Below, piece after piece: positions 63,037 through 64,000 of a DNA stretch of 64,000 nt. The stretch covers positions 62,001-126,000 of the forward strand of contig JAPETS010000051.1 in assembly GCA_026023565.1 (NCBI GenBank). The letters run 5' to 3'. Source of the DNA: Cirrosporium novae-zelandiae. Its lineage: Eukaryota. Each line of letters opens with the position of its first letter. The stretch's first letter is position 1. Both the position numbers and the translations under genes were made by a program. The notes under the pieces are model-generated. The model was not told the DNA's origin. It saw nothing but the letters and a program-made list of their open reading frames with translations, and made no database searches.

Positions 63037-64000
63037 CTACTCATCTTCTTCATCCATTTCATCACTTTCATCCCCTTCATCCGCTTCATCTCCATCCTCC
63101 TCCATCAAAGGAAGAAATCGAAAGTCAACAAAGCTCGTCACCTTTTCCGCAACTTCGATCATAAATTGCAAGCTTAAAACGCCTTGTTCGTCTGTCCTGA
63201 TACTGACTTTATTCGCAATTGCCATTGCTCGGCTAGCCGCCCTGATCATCGAGTACTTGTAGGCGTTAACACTCCGGCTCTGCACTTCGAATGTTTCTAG
63301 TAACTGTGGATCTTTAAAAAATTCAACACTAGCGGATCCTAGAGGCCCTCTTGACGATAATGTAAAACACGGTGCTGTCGGCGACGATGTAATAGTCAAC
63401 CTTGTTGGAGAGGTGCTCGAAAGTTCCGTAATTGCATCATATAACCAGCTTGCTCTCGTAATGATTCTCTGTACGATAGCAGAACGATCAAGTTGGATAT
63501 TCACCTGCATCTCCGGTTCAAAGGTATAAGTCATCAATTCACATTTCGTAGTGACACCGGTTTCTTCAAGCACCACGCAGAATGGCTCTCCTTCGCCCGC
63601 ATAACTCAAACGGCAAACGCCGGACATTCCTAAAACATTCTTATCGAAAGCTTTAGCCCCTCCTCTTGATATAGAGTTATCGAGATTAGTCCATCGCTCC
63701 TTATTATCATTGAATCCAAATATTTGAAGGGTCTCGATCAACGCTGTTAAAGAAATTTGGAAGATAACCCCTTCAACTTCGGGCTCGTTATCTATCAACA
63801 TTTCAGGGTCGGGTTGTGGAGGATTGTAAATATAACTTGAAAATAGCTCTTTCCCTAGAAAAGCGTTGCCTAGCGGAAGTGTCAGATCTCTAAGGTGTTC
63901 AAAGGTTCATTCAAAATTCCTACCTTGCATAACACTGGTCTCCTCGGCAGAGAATTGAAGACCATTGGCGGTAATCTGCACCAGAGCTTTAGGCGCAAAA
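63037..64000 (-). CDS. RAD1: 9-1-1 checkpoint clamp subunit Rad1/Rec1 (S. cerevisiae Rad17), 5' end outside the window
   Basis: KALVQITANGLQFSAEETSVMQG/NAFLGKELF, FQISLTALIETLQIFG, KVSIRTDEQGVLSLQFMIE, SFVDFRFLP and an acidic tail. Confidence 0.9.

Overview
Eukaryotic DNA from a filamentous ascomycete (Pezizomycotina-type short GT-AG introns with CTRAC branch points and a degenerate RPB1 CTD). I reconstructed about 16 apparently intact multi-exon genes by hand. Housekeeping genes: Sec61-beta, RPB10, UTP17/NAN1-like, RPB1, SWD1, CSN7, RAX1 and a partial RAD1/Rec1. Other genes: a DUF4139 protein, a LicD-family protein, a histidine acid phosphatase, a UIM-tailed sterol glucosyltransferase-like enzyme, an HSL-type esterase and two hypothetical proteins. 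Sec61-beta and RPB10 are absent from the ORF track because their exons are short. Decaying accessory sequence is scattered between these genes: a pseudogenised small secreted Cys-rich protein, a P450 with an in-frame stop, a GH1 glucosidase whose 5-nt micro-exon has a TT donor, other degenerate ORFs, and an isolated ~240-bp 18S rDNA fragment with RIP-type transitions. The most interesting unannotated signal is a spliced, apparently non-coding minus-strand transcript at ~16.6-17.6 kb whose intron has hairpin-H-hairpin-ACA architecture (candidate H/ACA snoRNA). I did not find a convincing novel multi-gene system. All homology calls come from motif recognition, not database searches, and exon boundaries are manual.
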